Shown here: one piece after another, positions 1-10,440 of the stretch
Layout: every line of letters begins with the position of its first letter
How positions within the stretch are numbered: the first letter of the stretch is position 1
Source: Malassezia furfur
Lineage: Eukaryota
Assembly: GCA_052055015.1 (NCBI GenBank)
Contig: JBQJIT010000044.1
DNA: 43,716 nucleotides
Strand: one strand, 5' to 3'
Notes under the pieces: generated by a model
Seen by the model: only the letters and a program-made list of their open reading frames with translations
The model's database searches: none
What the model was told of the DNA's origin: nothing
Program-made: the position numbers and the translations under genes

Positions 1-707
1 GCCTGCCGGCCGCCTGGGCGCACGGCGCGTACGAGCGCGTGTACGTCGCGCAGTTTGCGCACGTACGCAACGGCGCCGCGCTCAAGGACGCGCTCATCGC
101 CGCGTCCAAGTCGCCGGAAAATTCCGACGAGCGCCGGCGCATGGATTATGCGTTCGTCGACGCGCGCCTCCTCGTGTCGCGCGCACAGCTGCTCACCGCG
201 GTCGTCGAGGCGATCGTCGCCTCGGAACGCGTGCGCAACGACGCTCCGGTCGGGCTCAAGACGCCCTCGATCCACTCCGAGATCCTCTGGACGCTCAACC
301 CAAACAACAATGTATGCTGCGCCGCACACTGACCCCAGATCGCCGACGCCCTGCGCCGCTTTGGCGTCTCGGCATCCACTGAGACGCTGGTACTGGTGCA
401 CGTCACCCGCGCGCCGCCGCACGGGCCGGAACCGGCCGAGGTCGTCGCGGCGATGGACGCGCTCGTCGACGGCGAGCTGTGCCCTGGCGGCCTTGCGCTG
501 CCGGGCGACGCCGCCGAGGGCGCCGCGTCCGAGGTCGACGCCGCGGACCGCTCACTTGCGCACCTATCGCTTGCCGAGCCGGCGCTCGACTGGAAGGCGC
601 TATCCAAGGTGTACAAATTGCACGACGCCTACGATTACGCACGAGCCACGCCGCGCTCCGTGGAGCCGTTGGTCAGCTCGACGGTGGCCACCAAGTTCCT
701 CGGGTAG
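1..707 (+). CDS. CGI121: KEOPS/EKC complex subunit Cgi121 (5'-partial; intron 312-338)
   Basis: The frame is open from the window edge. YAFVDARLLVSRAQLLTAV...LKTPSIHSEILWTLNPNNN joins across the 27-nt intron GTATGC...CTGAC.CCAG to IADALRRFGVS, the typical Cgi121 motif. Stop TAG 705-707. Confidence 0.85.
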
Positions 708-708
708 C

Positions 709-1295
709 TTAGTCCATCTCGACCAGGTGGTACTCGGGTGCATCGAGCTTCTCGGCGCCCTTCAAGAAGGGGATCGACACCACAAAGATGTACTCGACCG
801 TGTTCGCACCGAGCTGCTTCACGAGATCGCCGGCAGCCTTGGCCGAGCCGCCCGTCGCGATCAGGTCGTCAATCACGAGCACGTTCGAGCCCGCGGGCAT
901 TGCGCCGCGCTGCATCTCAAACACGTCCTCACCGTACTCCTTCTGGAACGTGGCTTGCGCACAGTCGCCCGGCAGCTTGCCCTTCTTGCGCACGGGCACA
1001 AACCCGGCACCGAGACGCTGCGCAATCGACGGGCCCAGCAGGAAGCCGCGCGCGTCCAAACCCACCACATAGTGAATGCGCGGGTCCTTGGCCGACTCGG
1101 CCAGACGCGGGAGCGTCACCGTAAAGATATGCGACATAATGTTGGTGAGCAGCAGCTCAAACGAGATCGGGTCGCGCAGCGCCGGCAGGATATCACAGAA
1201 CAGAATCCCCTTCTTCGGCCAGTCCTGGTGGTATTCTACATGAGCGCACCGCGCTACCTACCAAACCGCGACTTGAGCAGCTCCACGTCCGCCAT
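709..1295 (-). CDS. APT1: Adenine phosphoribosyltransferase (intron 1236-1261)
   Basis: MADVELLKSRF|EYHQDWPKKGILFCDILP; VGLDARGFLLG; VPVRKKGKLPG; PRPP-binding VLVIDDLIATGGS. Confidence 0.95.
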
Positions 1296-1380
1296 GGTGG
1301 GAAAAAGGTGGGCTGATGGAGGTGCGTTCTTTTCGCCTGGCCTATTTCCCCAACGTTCCCCTCCGCTTCATTCCAACGTC

Positions 1381-2595
1381 ATGATGAGCGACACGGCCGG
1401 TGCGCCGCCGCCGCTGGAGTCCATGCACCCCGCGGTGCGCGTCCCCACCGAGGGGCACACCCAGCATGCTCCCGACCCCGTACACCTCCCGCCCGAGCCC
1501 CTGGGTGGCGAGGTGAGCGCGGTGGCGCAAATGGCTCCCTATGTCACCGACCCGACGCAGTTCCTTCTCAACGTCCCCGTCGAGAAACCGTTCACCACGC
1601 AGGTTCCCGCATCACTGTTCGACGAGTGTGTCACCGTGCTGAAGCGCACGGTGCAGTGGCGCGTGTCATCGACGCGCTACAACGGCGCCCTGCCCCAGGG
1701 CCGCCGCTACGCCTGGCGGAAACACTTTGTGTGCGACCACTCGGGCAAGCCCCGCGATCGACGGAACCCGGACCTGGCGCCCGGCAAGCGGCGATCGCGG
1801 CGGGCCTCGATCAAAATCGGGTGTCCCGCATCGTTCACCGCGACCCAGGAGGTCGGCAGCGACACCGTGACGATGGTGTGCCGCTTCCAGCACCACGGCC
1901 ACACCGTCAACACGCGCGAGTATTGGGCGAGCAGCCGGATCCCCGACAACGTGCGTGAGTGGATCAAGGACCGTGTCGCCGAGGGCCGCGACCAGAAAGA
2001 GATCGTGCAAATGATCCACGACCACCAGAAAAACGCGGCCAACATCCCTGCCAGCTCGCCGTCGTTCATTCCCCCAGGCGTGCAGATCACACGCATGGAT
2101 GTCTACAACATCATCAAGCGCCACCGCGCATCGCAGGGCGAGCAGCGCAAGCCCAAACCGGAAGAAATGAAACACCACCTCGAGCCGCCGCGAGACGGCG
2201 GCCTCGACGGCGACCGGCTTCGGCTGCCGCTGCATGCAGGCGGCGCAGCGCTCCAAGTGCCCGATGCGCGCCGCGAGCCGGACCCCCACAGCCACGCCAT
2301 CGACCCGGCAGCGACTGCGACATACCCCATCCTGCCGACCCCTGCCCAGCTTGCGCCGGCGTCGCCCGAAGAAGCGGTGAGCTTTGCGCAGCAGTGGAGT
2401 GACCTCCTGGTCAACCTGAACGATTTGCAGCCGAGCCTGATGGAGTATGCTTTGACGACTGGCACGCGGCACCAGAACCACACCACCGCCGAGTGGTCGC
2501 AGGCCGTTGCGCAGCTGACGCAGGCCTGGTATGTTGCGAGCAACCTGGTGGGACGCCCTGTGCTCCCCGTCCCCCATAACCCTGGTGCACCCTAA
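1381..2595 (+). CDS. FAR1/WRKY-GCM1-type (Mutator-transposase-derived) zinc-finger DNA-binding protein, putative transcription factor
   Basis: WRKHFVCDHSGKPR...RASIKIGCPASF...FQHHGH (C...C...HxH), followed by helical IPDNVREWIKDRV...ITRMDVYNI. Intronless, no DDE catalytic domain. Start assigned to ATG 1381 because the upstream part of ORF 55-2595 is antisense to APT1. Confidence 0.7.
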   Translation: MMSDTAGAPPPLESMHPAVRVPTEGHTQHAPDPVHLPPEPLGGEVSAVAQMAPYVTDPTQFLLNVPVEKPFTTQVPASLFDECVTVLKRTVQWRVSSTRYNGALPQGRRYAWRKHFVCDHSGKPRDRRNPDLAPGKRRSRRASIKIGCPASFTATQEVGSDTVTMVCRFQHHGHTVNTREYWASSRIPDNVREWIKDRVAEGRDQKEIVQMIHDHQKNAANIPASSPSFIPPGVQITRMDVYNIIKRHRASQGEQRKPKPEEMKHHLEPPRDGGLDGDRLRLPLHAGGAALQVPDARREPDPHSHAIDPAATATYPILPTPAQLAPASPEEAVSFAQQWSDLLVNLNDLQPSLMEYALTTGTRHQNHTTAEWSQAVAQLTQAWYVASNLVGRPVLPVPHNPGAP

Positions 2596-2732
2596 GGATG
2601 AATAGACATGGATTCGTGTAGATGCAACTTGCCCCCTGGACCTGGTGGAGCTGCTTTGGCCCCGCGCACCCTCTCGGCCAATTTGGGTGCATTTCGCGCC
2701 GCTGTCCTCCACCTGCCTCGCACCGTGCGACC

Positions 2733-3267
2733 ATGGCGACGGCGCCGGCGTCGGAGGCGCCCAAAGAGGTCGTGGACCCTTTGCTGCTTCCAAGCATCGT
2801 GCCGCGTGTGCGGCGCATTGCGCAGCTCCTGCAAGAGTCACTGCACGCCGATGCCACGGAGCAGGAGCCGAGCCAGGCCGACCCACCTGAAATGGACGAT
2901 GCAGAGCCGAACGACGGACTGGACACCATGTCGTCGAGTCTTGCGCTGGGCGCCATCGCGGACGATGAGGACATGGACGTGTGGGCACAGCGCGCCAGCA
3001 CGAGCCACACGTCGCGCGTTCCGGCGGCGCTGCTTGCGCAGCTCGCACAGGAGACCAACTTGCTGCGTGCAACGTTCGCACATACCCAGCAGGCGATCGA
3101 CGCGGCGCCAGGCGGCGACATGAGCCTCGCCGAGCAGGAGCACTTGCTGGCGCAGCTCGAGGCGTATGCGACACGGCAAGAGTACGTCGATGCATTCACA
3201 CAGAGCGGTACGCACCGTCTGGTCCGAGGCTGTGTCCCAGATGGCCGTCGACGTCGAGATGCAGTAG
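2733..3267 (+). CDS. Probable Mediator subunit Med9/Cse2-like protein (intron 3182-3203)
   Basis: C-terminal coiled coil LRATFAHTQQAIDAAPGGDMSLAEQEHLLAQLE resembles the Med9 'PG.DMS..EQE' motif. A 22-nt intron gives the ending QEAVRTVWSEAVSQMAVDVEMQ* and avoids overlap with the convergent gene. Confidence 0.6.
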
Positions 3268-3282
3268 CCTATGTATCTCCAC

Positions 3283-4391
3283 CTATACCCCCTGTGCACG
3301 CGCAAGCGTCCGCTGTGCTTGCAGGAGCATGGGCGCATCGATCATGATCGAGCGCCCGCCGTAGTCAAGGCCGACCGCGCCCTTGTCCTGCTTCCGCGAC
3401 GCATTTTCGTAGGCCGCGAGGATCGCCTTGGCTTCCTCGATGTCTGCGTGAGCTCCCGGCAACGTACCATGCTCCGTCGGCGAGAATGCACGGCGGATCG
3501 TGTCGAGCTGCGCGGGATGGATGGCCTGCTTTCCATCGAAGCCCAGCTCGGCGCCCTCGTCGCACTCGTCCTTGAGGTACGCCTGGTCCTTGTACTCCAC
3601 GCACACCATATCCTGTGTGAGCTTCGTCCACGCACAATTGCCTCGATCCCCATCGCCTTGGCAATGGTCACCATTTTGGCGCGCGGGTACAGCAACCCCT
3701 TGCGCGAACGCGTCCGTCGTACGCCCGTCGATGCGCAGTAGTCCTCACTGGCAAACAGGACGGCGGCGACCGCAGCGGCGCCGCGGAACTCATCTGCAAG
3801 CCGTGCCTGGGCCTCTTGCAGCAGCGTGGGTAGGCGTACGAGACAGGACGCACTCTCGACCGACAGGATTAACGAGACGGGGCGCGAAGGTCTGATGAGC
3901 AGGGGGAGGACGTACGAAGTGTGGGCCTGCGCAATGTGCTGTGCGACGAACGTGATGTCGTCCACGCTCTCGCACTTGGGGATGACGACGGCATCCAGGC
4001 GCTCGCTCTGCAGAATCACCTCGAGATCGGACCCAGCCAAGGCGCGCTGCGTTGAGGGCGCATTGATGCGCACGCTCAGCTCCGAGGAGTCGGACGGCGC
4101 CGCCTAGGTGAGCGATGCACGTACATATAGCGCCTGCAGGACCATTCCCTGCGCAGCGCCCTTCCTGTGCTCCGCGACGCTGTCCTCGAGGTCGTACACG
4201 AGCGTGTCGGCGGGGACCGAGCGGCTCTTGACGAGCATTTTTTCGCTGCTACCCGGGATGTAGAGCAGCGAGCGACGCACGCGCATGGGGCCGGTGGTCG
4301 GCAGCGTGCTCAATGCACGCACGCCCCAGCGCACACTCGGCGATGCGGCACGAATGGGGCACGCCCGCAGCCTCGCTGCAATCGACGTCAT
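3283..4391 (-). CDS. Mitochondrial citrate lyase beta-like protein (CitE/CLYBL, HpcH/HpaI family); introns 4104-4124, 3892-3915, 3613-3635, 3444-3467
   Basis: Arg-rich presequence; RRSLLYIPGSSEKML, DTLVYDLEDSV, VRINA, VVIPKCES, LFASEDYCA, AI|DMVC, GFDGKQAIHPAQ, MIDAPML. Confidence 0.9.
4104..4124 (-). other. 21-nt spliceosomal intron
   Basis: GTACGTGCATCGCTCACCTAG; the acceptor TAG is an in-frame stop if the intron is retained. Confidence 0.85.
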
Positions 4392-4435
4392 GAGGGACCA
4401 CGCCGTACCGTCTTCCCGCTGCGCACGGTCCAAAC

Positions 4436-4441
4436 CACGTG
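4436..4441. promoter_or_regulatory. CACGTG E-box in the CitE/HMT1 divergent promoter
   Basis: CCACGTGG in a 91-nt gap between two start codons. Confidence 0.5.
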
Positions 4442-4482
4442 GCGATTGCGGAAGGCGTGCGTGTTCATTCGTGTCAAGCAGC

Positions 4483-7011
4483 ATGCTGTCGCAGGGGGCC
4501 GAGGTGCTGCACGCCCTGCAGCCCGCACTGGTCTTGGCCGTGACACTGGCCACGACCAAGAGCGAGGTACTGAAACGGGCGATCCGCCGTGTGCGCGGCG
4601 GGCGCATCCACCTGGACGACCTGCCTGCCGAGGAGCTGCCGCAGCCGGTCGTTGTCGCGCACCACGAACGCTACGATAAGACGCTCATTGGACTTGCACT
4701 CGGCGTGGCCGCGACATACGTGGTGTCTGGTGCAATTGTCGCGGCGGTCGCGACGCTACCGCCGAGGATCTGGACACCGAGCCTGCCGGGTTTCGAATGG
4801 CTCCAGGTGCAGATTGTGGCCGGCAGCCTCGCGTGGGGCCTGGTCGCAGTCGCCTACCTGCTGGACTCGCAGCGCAGCGACGCAACGAGTGTGGGGCGCA
4901 CGCGTGCTGCGTGGCTCGCCGGCATGGGCGCGGCGACGGACGCGGCGCTGCTCGTCGTGTATGCGCTGCACACCTTATCGGTGTACACTTGGCCGCAGGT
5001 CGGTGTGGTGCTCGTGCGCCTCGTGCTGTATGCGGTGCTTGTGCTCGTCGCGCGGCATGACCGCGTGCAGTTTGTGCAGGAGGACGTGCCGCGCGCCACC
5101 GACGCGTCGACGGACGCGGCGCGCGCCGCTAACGAGCGCATGGGCATTCAGCCGCGCCCGGCGCCGCCCGCGACGTCGTTCGCGACGCTGGCACGGCGCA
5201 TCAAGGTGTTGGGCCCGTACCTCTGGCCGCACAAGTCGGTGCGGCTGCAGCTGCTCGCCGTGCTGTGCCTGATCCTGCTGGGGTTGGCGCGCGTTGTGAA
5301 CCTGCTGGTGCCCATTGCGCTGGGCCGTGTCGTGGATGCGCTGAGCGGCGACGGGTCGCCGTGGGGCGTGATTGTGTTCTACTGCTCGCTGAAGCTGTTC
5401 CAGGGCTCGGGCGGTCTGCTGACCGTGGCGCAGAACCTGCTGTGGTACCCCGTTGCGTGGTACTCGGAAGTGAACATGAGCATGCACATGTTCGAGCACA
5501 TCCTGAACCTCTCCATGTCGTACCACACGAAGCGCAAGACGGGTGAGTTGATCCGCACGCTTGATCGCGGCTCGGCGATCAACAACTTCTTCGAGTTCTT
5601 CCTGTTCTCGCTGACGCCTGTGTTTGTCGACATCTTTGTCGCGGTCGGCTACCTGTCGCTGACGTTTGGGTGGAAGGTGGGTGTGCAGCTGCTGGTGATC
5701 ATGGTCCTGTTCACCTATTGCAGCGTGCGCATCACCACCTGGCGCACGCAGCTGCGTCGCAACGCGAACAGCGCCGATACGGTGTGCCGTGCCATCACCA
5801 CCGACACGGTGCTCAACTACGAGACGGTCAAGTGCTACGGGAACGAGGGGTACGAGGCCGGCCGCTACCGCGTCGCGCTCGACGAGTACCGAGCGGCGAG
5901 CTACCGCGTGGTGTTCTCGCTGCACCTGCTCAACCTGATCCAGAATCTGATCCTCGCATTCGGCACACTCACGTCCATCCTGACCGTGGCGTACAACGTT
6001 GTGCAGGGCAAGGCGTCGGCGTCGCAGTTTGTCGTGTTTGTGTCGTACCTGCAGCAGGTGTACCAGCCGCTGAACATGCTCGGCACCATGTACCGCGTCA
6101 TTAACCAGAACCTCGTCGACACGGACAAGCTGATGGAGCTGCTCGACGAGCCGGTGGACATCAAGGACGACCCGAATGCCAAGGAGCTCATGGTCAGCGA
6201 CGGCGCCATCCGCTTCGAAAACGTGGCGTTTGCGTACGACGCGCGGCGCACCGACGTGGTGCAAGATATGTCGTTCCTCGTCGAGGGCCACAAGCGCGTT
6301 GCGCTCGTCGGCGAGAGCGGCGCAGGCAAATCGACCGTGTTCAAACTGCTCTTCCGCTTCTACGAAGTGAGCTCTGGTGCGATCCTGATCGACGGCCAGG
6401 ATATCCAGAGCGTCACGCAGCAGAGCCTGCGCAAGGCGATCGGCATTGTGCCGCAGGAGCCGACGCTGTTCAACACCGACATCAAACACAACATTCTGTA
6501 CGGCAACGTGGATGCCACCGATGCCGAAGTCGAGGCGGCGGCGCGCGCCGCGCAGATCCACGACCGTATCCTCGAGTTCCCCGACGGGTACAACACGGTC
6601 GTCGGCGAGCGCGGTGTGCGTCTGAGCGGCGGCGAGAAGCAGCGTGTGGCAATTGCGCGCACCATCCTCAAAAACCCACCCATCCTGCTGCTTGACGAGG
6701 CGACGTCGGCGCTCGACAGCCAAACGGAACGCCAGCTGCAGGAGGCACTCAATACGCTGATGCATGGGCGCACCTCGCTGACGATCGCGCACCGCCTCTC
6801 GACGATCATCAACTCGGACTTGATCCTCGTCGCGGACAAGGGCCGCATCGTTGAGCAGGGCACGCACGAGCAGCTCATTGCACAGGGCGGCAAGTACCAC
6901 CAGCTCTGGATCCAGCAGAGCCGCACACTTGCCGAACAGGAGGCCGAGGCGGCCGCCGTTGCACAGCAGGGCGCATCGTCGTCGTCTTCGGGCGCGGCGA
7001 AGAACAGGTAG
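4483..7011 (+). CDS. HMT1: Half-size ABC transporter, ABCB6/HMT1 (heavy metal tolerance) type
   Basis: N-terminal extra TM region; PYLWP; YHTKRKTGELIRTLDRG; LNYETVK; Walker A GESGAGKST; signature LSGGEKQRVAIAR; Walker B ILLLDEATSALD. Start at ATG 4483, since the longer ORF overlaps the CitE gene. Confidence 0.88.
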   Translation: MLSQGAEVLHALQPALVLAVTLATTKSEVLKRAIRRVRGGRIHLDDLPAEELPQPVVVAHHERYDKTLIGLALGVAATYVVSGAIVAAVATLPPRIWTPSLPGFEWLQVQIVAGSLAWGLVAVAYLLDSQRSDATSVGRTRAAWLAGMGAATDAALLVVYALHTLSVYTWPQVGVVLVRLVLYAVLVLVARHDRVQFVQEDVPRATDASTDAARAANERMGIQPRPAPPATSFATLARRIKVLGPYLWPHKSVRLQLLAVLCLILLGLARVVNLLVPIALGRVVDALSGDGSPWGVIVFYCSLKLFQGSGGLLTVAQNLLWYPVAWYSEVNMSMHMFEHILNLSMSYHTKRKTGELIRTLDRGSAINNFFEFFLFSLTPVFVDIFVAVGYLSLTFGWKVGVQLLVIMVLFTYCSVRITTWRTQLRRNANSADTVCRAITTDTVLNYETVKCYGNEGYEAGRYRVALDEYRAASYRVVFSLHLLNLIQNLILAFGTLTSILTVAYNVVQGKASASQFVVFVSYLQQVYQPLNMLGTMYRVINQNLVDTDKLMELLDEPVDIKDDPNAKELMVSDGAIRFENVAFAYDARRTDVVQDMSFLVEGHKRVALVGESGAGKSTVFKLLFRFYEVSSGAILIDGQDIQSVTQQSLRKAIGIVPQEPTLFNTDIKHNILYGNVDATDAEVEAAARAAQIHDRILEFPDGYNTVVGERGVRLSGGEKQRVAIARTILKNPPILLLDEATSALDSQTERQLQEALNTLMHGRTSLTIAHRLSTIINSDLILVADKGRIVEQGTHEQLIAQGGKYHQLWIQQSRTLAEQEAEAAAVAQQGASSSSSGAAKNR

Positions 7012-7092
7012 GGGGGACAAAACCACACAAGACCATTAGCCAGATTCTATTACGCAACGAGCGCGTACCCAAACCAGGGGGGGCACTCGCGT

Positions 7093-8234
7093 CTAGGGGA
7101 TCGGTACGGGCTGGCCGAGCTCGTCGCGGACGACCACGACCTCGACGTCGGCACGCTCGCCGTTGTCCATGAAAATAACCGACGTCATATCGATCGGGTC
7201 GGTACGCACGCCGCGCTTCTCCATGAACGAGCGCCCGAGGATCACCGGGAAGTAGCTGTCTTCGGCAAGCATCACCGTGCACGGCACGGCCTTCGACCCG
7301 ACCTGCACGGGCCACTTGCCGAGGTTCGTGATACCGTTGTAACCGTACGTGCCCGGCGTCGTGTCGGCGGGAATGAAGCCGTGGTCCAGCGCGAAGCTGC
7401 GGCTGACGTACACATGGCGGTAGCCGGACTTGAGCATCATCGGCACGTTGTTCACGGGGCCGAGGCTGCCGCGCAGCAGGCGCACGCCGCGCTGCGAGTG
7501 GAACTCCTCAAAGGCGATCTTGTGGCTCAGGTTCGAGTTCTGCGTCTGCGTCGTCTTCTTCGACTTGACACTCGCCGAGTCCACAGGAGGGGGCAGCTTG
7601 GCCGAGATCGGCTTCAGGTAGCTCGGCATCTGCGGCTCCTGCGGCGGGGGGTACAGGATGCTGTCGCGGCCGCCGCCACTCACACCGCCCGCCGAGGCGA
7701 ACTCGTCCACGGACGGCACCGTCGCGGTCGGCACGCGGTGGATGCTGATCGCACCGCCCTTGCCGCGCGCCGGCGTGCGCGTCACGAGCGTCGTCTCGTC
7801 AAGCACCGGCACGTTGGGGCCGGACGACGCCGCGCTGTACGTGCCGTTCGACTGTGGCGCCTGCTGCGCAATCGCGGGCGACTCGACGTAGATGTCGGCC
7901 TCGGGAGCGTCAGCGTAGCGCTCGACGAAGATGTCAAAGTCATCGTCTGCGTTAGGATTGTATCATGATCATTGCGTACCGTCCTCCAGCTCGTACAGCT
8001 CCTTTTCGTGCAGGTACTTGAGCGTGAGCGGCTGGTCGTTGCTCAGCTTGAGCTTGTGCGCAACACGCTCCTGCACGCTGATTGGTTAGTATGGGCGGGG
8101 CAAGGAGGCACGGTACGTACTTAGCGAGCGAATCGCCCTTCGGGAGACGTTGCGAGAAGCTCGGCAAAGACCCGGGGTGGAACTGGTGTGAGTATGGGGC
8201 GCACACGCCCACCTACATTCAAAATCGGCGCCAT
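7093..8234 (-). CDS. Fungal protein of unknown function: N-terminal PB1-like domain plus C-terminal degenerate retropepsin-like domain (introns 8183-8216, 8078-8120, 7947-7979)
   Basis: Three canonical introns join MAPILN|FHPGSLPSFSQRLPKGDSLAN|VQERVAHKLKLSNDQPLTLKYLHEKELYELED|DDDFDIFVERY in frame with ORF 7093-7812, which contains MMLKSGYRHVYVSRSFALDHGF...FPVILGRSFMEKRG. Confidence 0.75.
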
Positions 8235-8343
8235 GGTGACTGAAGGGCACGCCGCGGGTTCCCCAGCGTAGATTGTACCGAGCCGCTCTCTGCTCACGTC
8301 AGCTACGGCCGAGCGCAGTTCGACGCGTCGGCCCCGCGTGCGG

Positions 8344-8349
8344 CACGTG
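8344..8349. promoter_or_regulatory. CACGTG E-box in the PB1-protein/SHR3 divergent promoter
   Basis: GCACGTGA between the ATGs at 8234 (-) and 8408 (+). Confidence 0.5.
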
Positions 8350-8407
8350 ATGGCACCGCGGCGCCCCGGGTGGGGTGGTGCGTGCGTGCGCGGTCGGAGC
8401 CACGAAG

Positions 8408-9122
8408 ATGCTGGGTGTCACGGTCGCCCTGCTCCTGGCATGCTCGTCGTTCGTGCTAGGTACGTGCGCTACCTCACCAAAGGCATCCTATTCATGCACT
8501 GGCACGCTGACTATATCCTGCTCTGGCAGGAACCAGCGCGCGACCGCGAGGTACTCTACGCGCTGCACTACTACCTCAATACGGTCGGCGTGTGGTCAGA
8601 CAAGTACATCGCGGCGCTGTTCACGGTCATCTCGATCCAGATCTCCGTGCTCCTCTTCCAGATCTTCTCCGGGAAGGAGACCAACTGGCTCTTCGACGGT
8701 GCCAGCCTCTGTACGTGGTGCCCTGCGCACTGACCGCAGTCCTCGTGGCCGCCGTGGCCACGCTGTACAAAACCAAGCTCCTCCCTCGTACGTCGCGCTC
8801 TCCTGATACAGTCATCGATATGCTCCCTTCCGTCACGCCGCCCCCGGCCGCACAGCCGCTCAGCTTCTATGCCGAGACCCTTTCGGCTTTGCGCGAGGTC
8901 GCCAACGCACACGCGCTCCTCGCTATGGCGCTTCTGGGCATTGTGCTGCTCCAGTGCGGCAAATTCTACAGCGAGCGTCTCCAGGAGCGCGAACGCAACG
9001 AAGAAGTCGATGCGCGGCTCCTGCGCCGCCTGCGCCATCTCCAACAGGAGGAGCGCTCCAAAAACCATGCGGATGCCCCGACCATGGCGCCATCGCCTGG
9101 CGGGCCCGATGCAAGTACATAA
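8408..9122 (+). CDS. SHR3: ER membrane chaperone Shr3-like (introns 8460-8482, 8711-8739, 8788-8811)
   Basis: SSFVLG|ILFMHWHADYILLW...ALHYY...ETNWLFDGASL|FL; four hydrophobic segments and a charged C-tail. Confidence 0.75.
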
Positions 9123-9128
9123 CGACAC

Positions 9129-10349
9129 TTAGATTGGCATCTCACTGCTACCCATCTGGCGCGACAAACGCACAAACGCGTCACACCCCTGTGTTAGTCG
9201 ACAGTCACGTACATGGCCCCACAGGCTCACCACGTCGAGATCGCTCCCGCCAAAGTAGTTCACGTACAGGCGCGACATGGGCAAGCCGTACCCGAGGCCC
9301 GCGAGAGTGCCCATGCTGCTCTGCATCGCCTGCGCCGTGATGTCCATCGGATCCTCCCCGGAGCCCGACGAGCTCTGTTCGCTCGCCGTGGTGAAGGCGT
9401 ACGAGAAGATCTTGCTCATATTTTCTGGCGGAATACCGCCCCCGCTGTCGCGGATGCGAATGCTGATGTGTTTCGGCGAGGATCCCAGCGTGACACGAAT
9501 CGGCGGCAGGTCGCCCGTGGTCTGACCCTCGCGCTTTTTCGCGAGATAGTTTTCGGTCGTCGCGCGGAACGCATTTTTCAGCAGCTCCGTCATGACGTAC
9601 TCCAGGTGCACGGGAACACCCACCATCGTCGCGTCCACGTCACCATCGTACTCGATCTCTGGCGCAATTTCAAACGTTGCCTCACACAGCGCGCGCACAT
9701 ACTCGCCGCTGATCGCCACGACGTCCTTCGGTCGCATCTGTGTCTCGATGATCCCGATCGACGTCGGTGTCAAGCGGAGCTCAGACGAAGACCGCTCCCC
9801 CGATGCCTGCTCGGCCATCGCATTCAGCGCCAGATGCTGCTCGGCAATCATACGGATACCGATACGACTGTGGAGTGCGGCGTTCAGAAAGTTGGCGATC
9901 TGGTCCGGATGCATGTACTCGCGGCACTCCATGAATCCACGCGAGAGCTTCGGCACATTGTCCGAGTGATCGTTCACGAGGCGCTGCAGTACACGCGTGA
10001 ACTGCGCATTCCCCTCGACCGTCTCGATGGGCGGCGCCGTAGCGAGGCGCGCAAAACTCGACGCATACAGACGCGCAACCGACTGCACCCACGGATTGCT
10101 CCCCACAATGAACGGTAGCGAGTAGAATTGGCGCACACGACGCGCGAGACGGATCGGCAACTCGTGCTGGACGTACACGGCAGAGCGACGCAGCTCGTCG
10201 ATCGTCGGCGGCTTCCCGGGCTTCCCTCCATGTGCAAGCAGCTGCCGCAGCGTGATTGGCGTCGGCTTGCGCTCCAGCGACTGGATCAGGAGCTCCATCG
10301 GAGCGCCATACACCGCATACCGCGGCAGACCCCGCACCACCTCGGCCAT
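9129..10349 (-). CDS. Mitochondrial protein kinase, PDK/BCKDK family (in-frame intron 9189-9212)
   Basis: ELPIRLARRV, LHSRIGIRMIAEQHLAL, HLEYVMTELLKNAFRA, IRIRDSGGGI, IFSYAFTT, LAGLGYGLPMSRLY, SLWGH|GCD. Confidence 0.92.
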   Translation of the reverse strand: MAEVVRGLPRYAVYGAPMELLIQSLERKPTPITLRQLLAHGGKPGKPPTIDELRRSAVYVQHELPIRLARRVRQFYSLPFIVGSNPWVQSVARLYASSFARLATAPPIETVEGNAQFTRVLQRLVNDHSDNVPKLSRGFMECREYMHPDQIANFLNAALHSRIGIRMIAEQHLALNAMAEQASGERSSSELRLTPTSIGIIETQMRPKDVVAISGEYVRALCEATFEIAPEIEYDGDVDATMVGVPVHLEYVMTELLKNAFRATTENYLAKKREGQTTGDLPPIRVTLGSSPKHISIRIRDSGGGIPPENMSKIFSYAFTTASEQSSSGSGEDPMDITAQAMQSSMGTLAGLGYGLPMSRLYVNYFGGSDLDVVSLWGHVRDCRLTQGCDAFVRLSRQMGSSEMPI

Positions 10350-10440
10350 GGTGGAGTGGTCCGCGTGCAGGACGCACGGATCTCTTCGGCCGAGTGACCC
10401 CACCTCCGTCCAGCGGCGATCGGCGAGTGGACACGACACG

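Noticed and set aside
55..2595. 846-aa ORF as a single protein
   Set aside because: The first ~440 codons overlap CGI121 out of frame and APT1 antisense. Only the part from ATG 1381 looks like a real protein.
4975..7026. 683-aa antisense ORF opposite HMT1, and similar long ones at 1666-3195, 24402-25379, 30865-32454 and 40923-43706
   Set aside because: Shadow ORFs produced by high GC3 codon bias; they are rich in V/L/R/H/D with no motifs.
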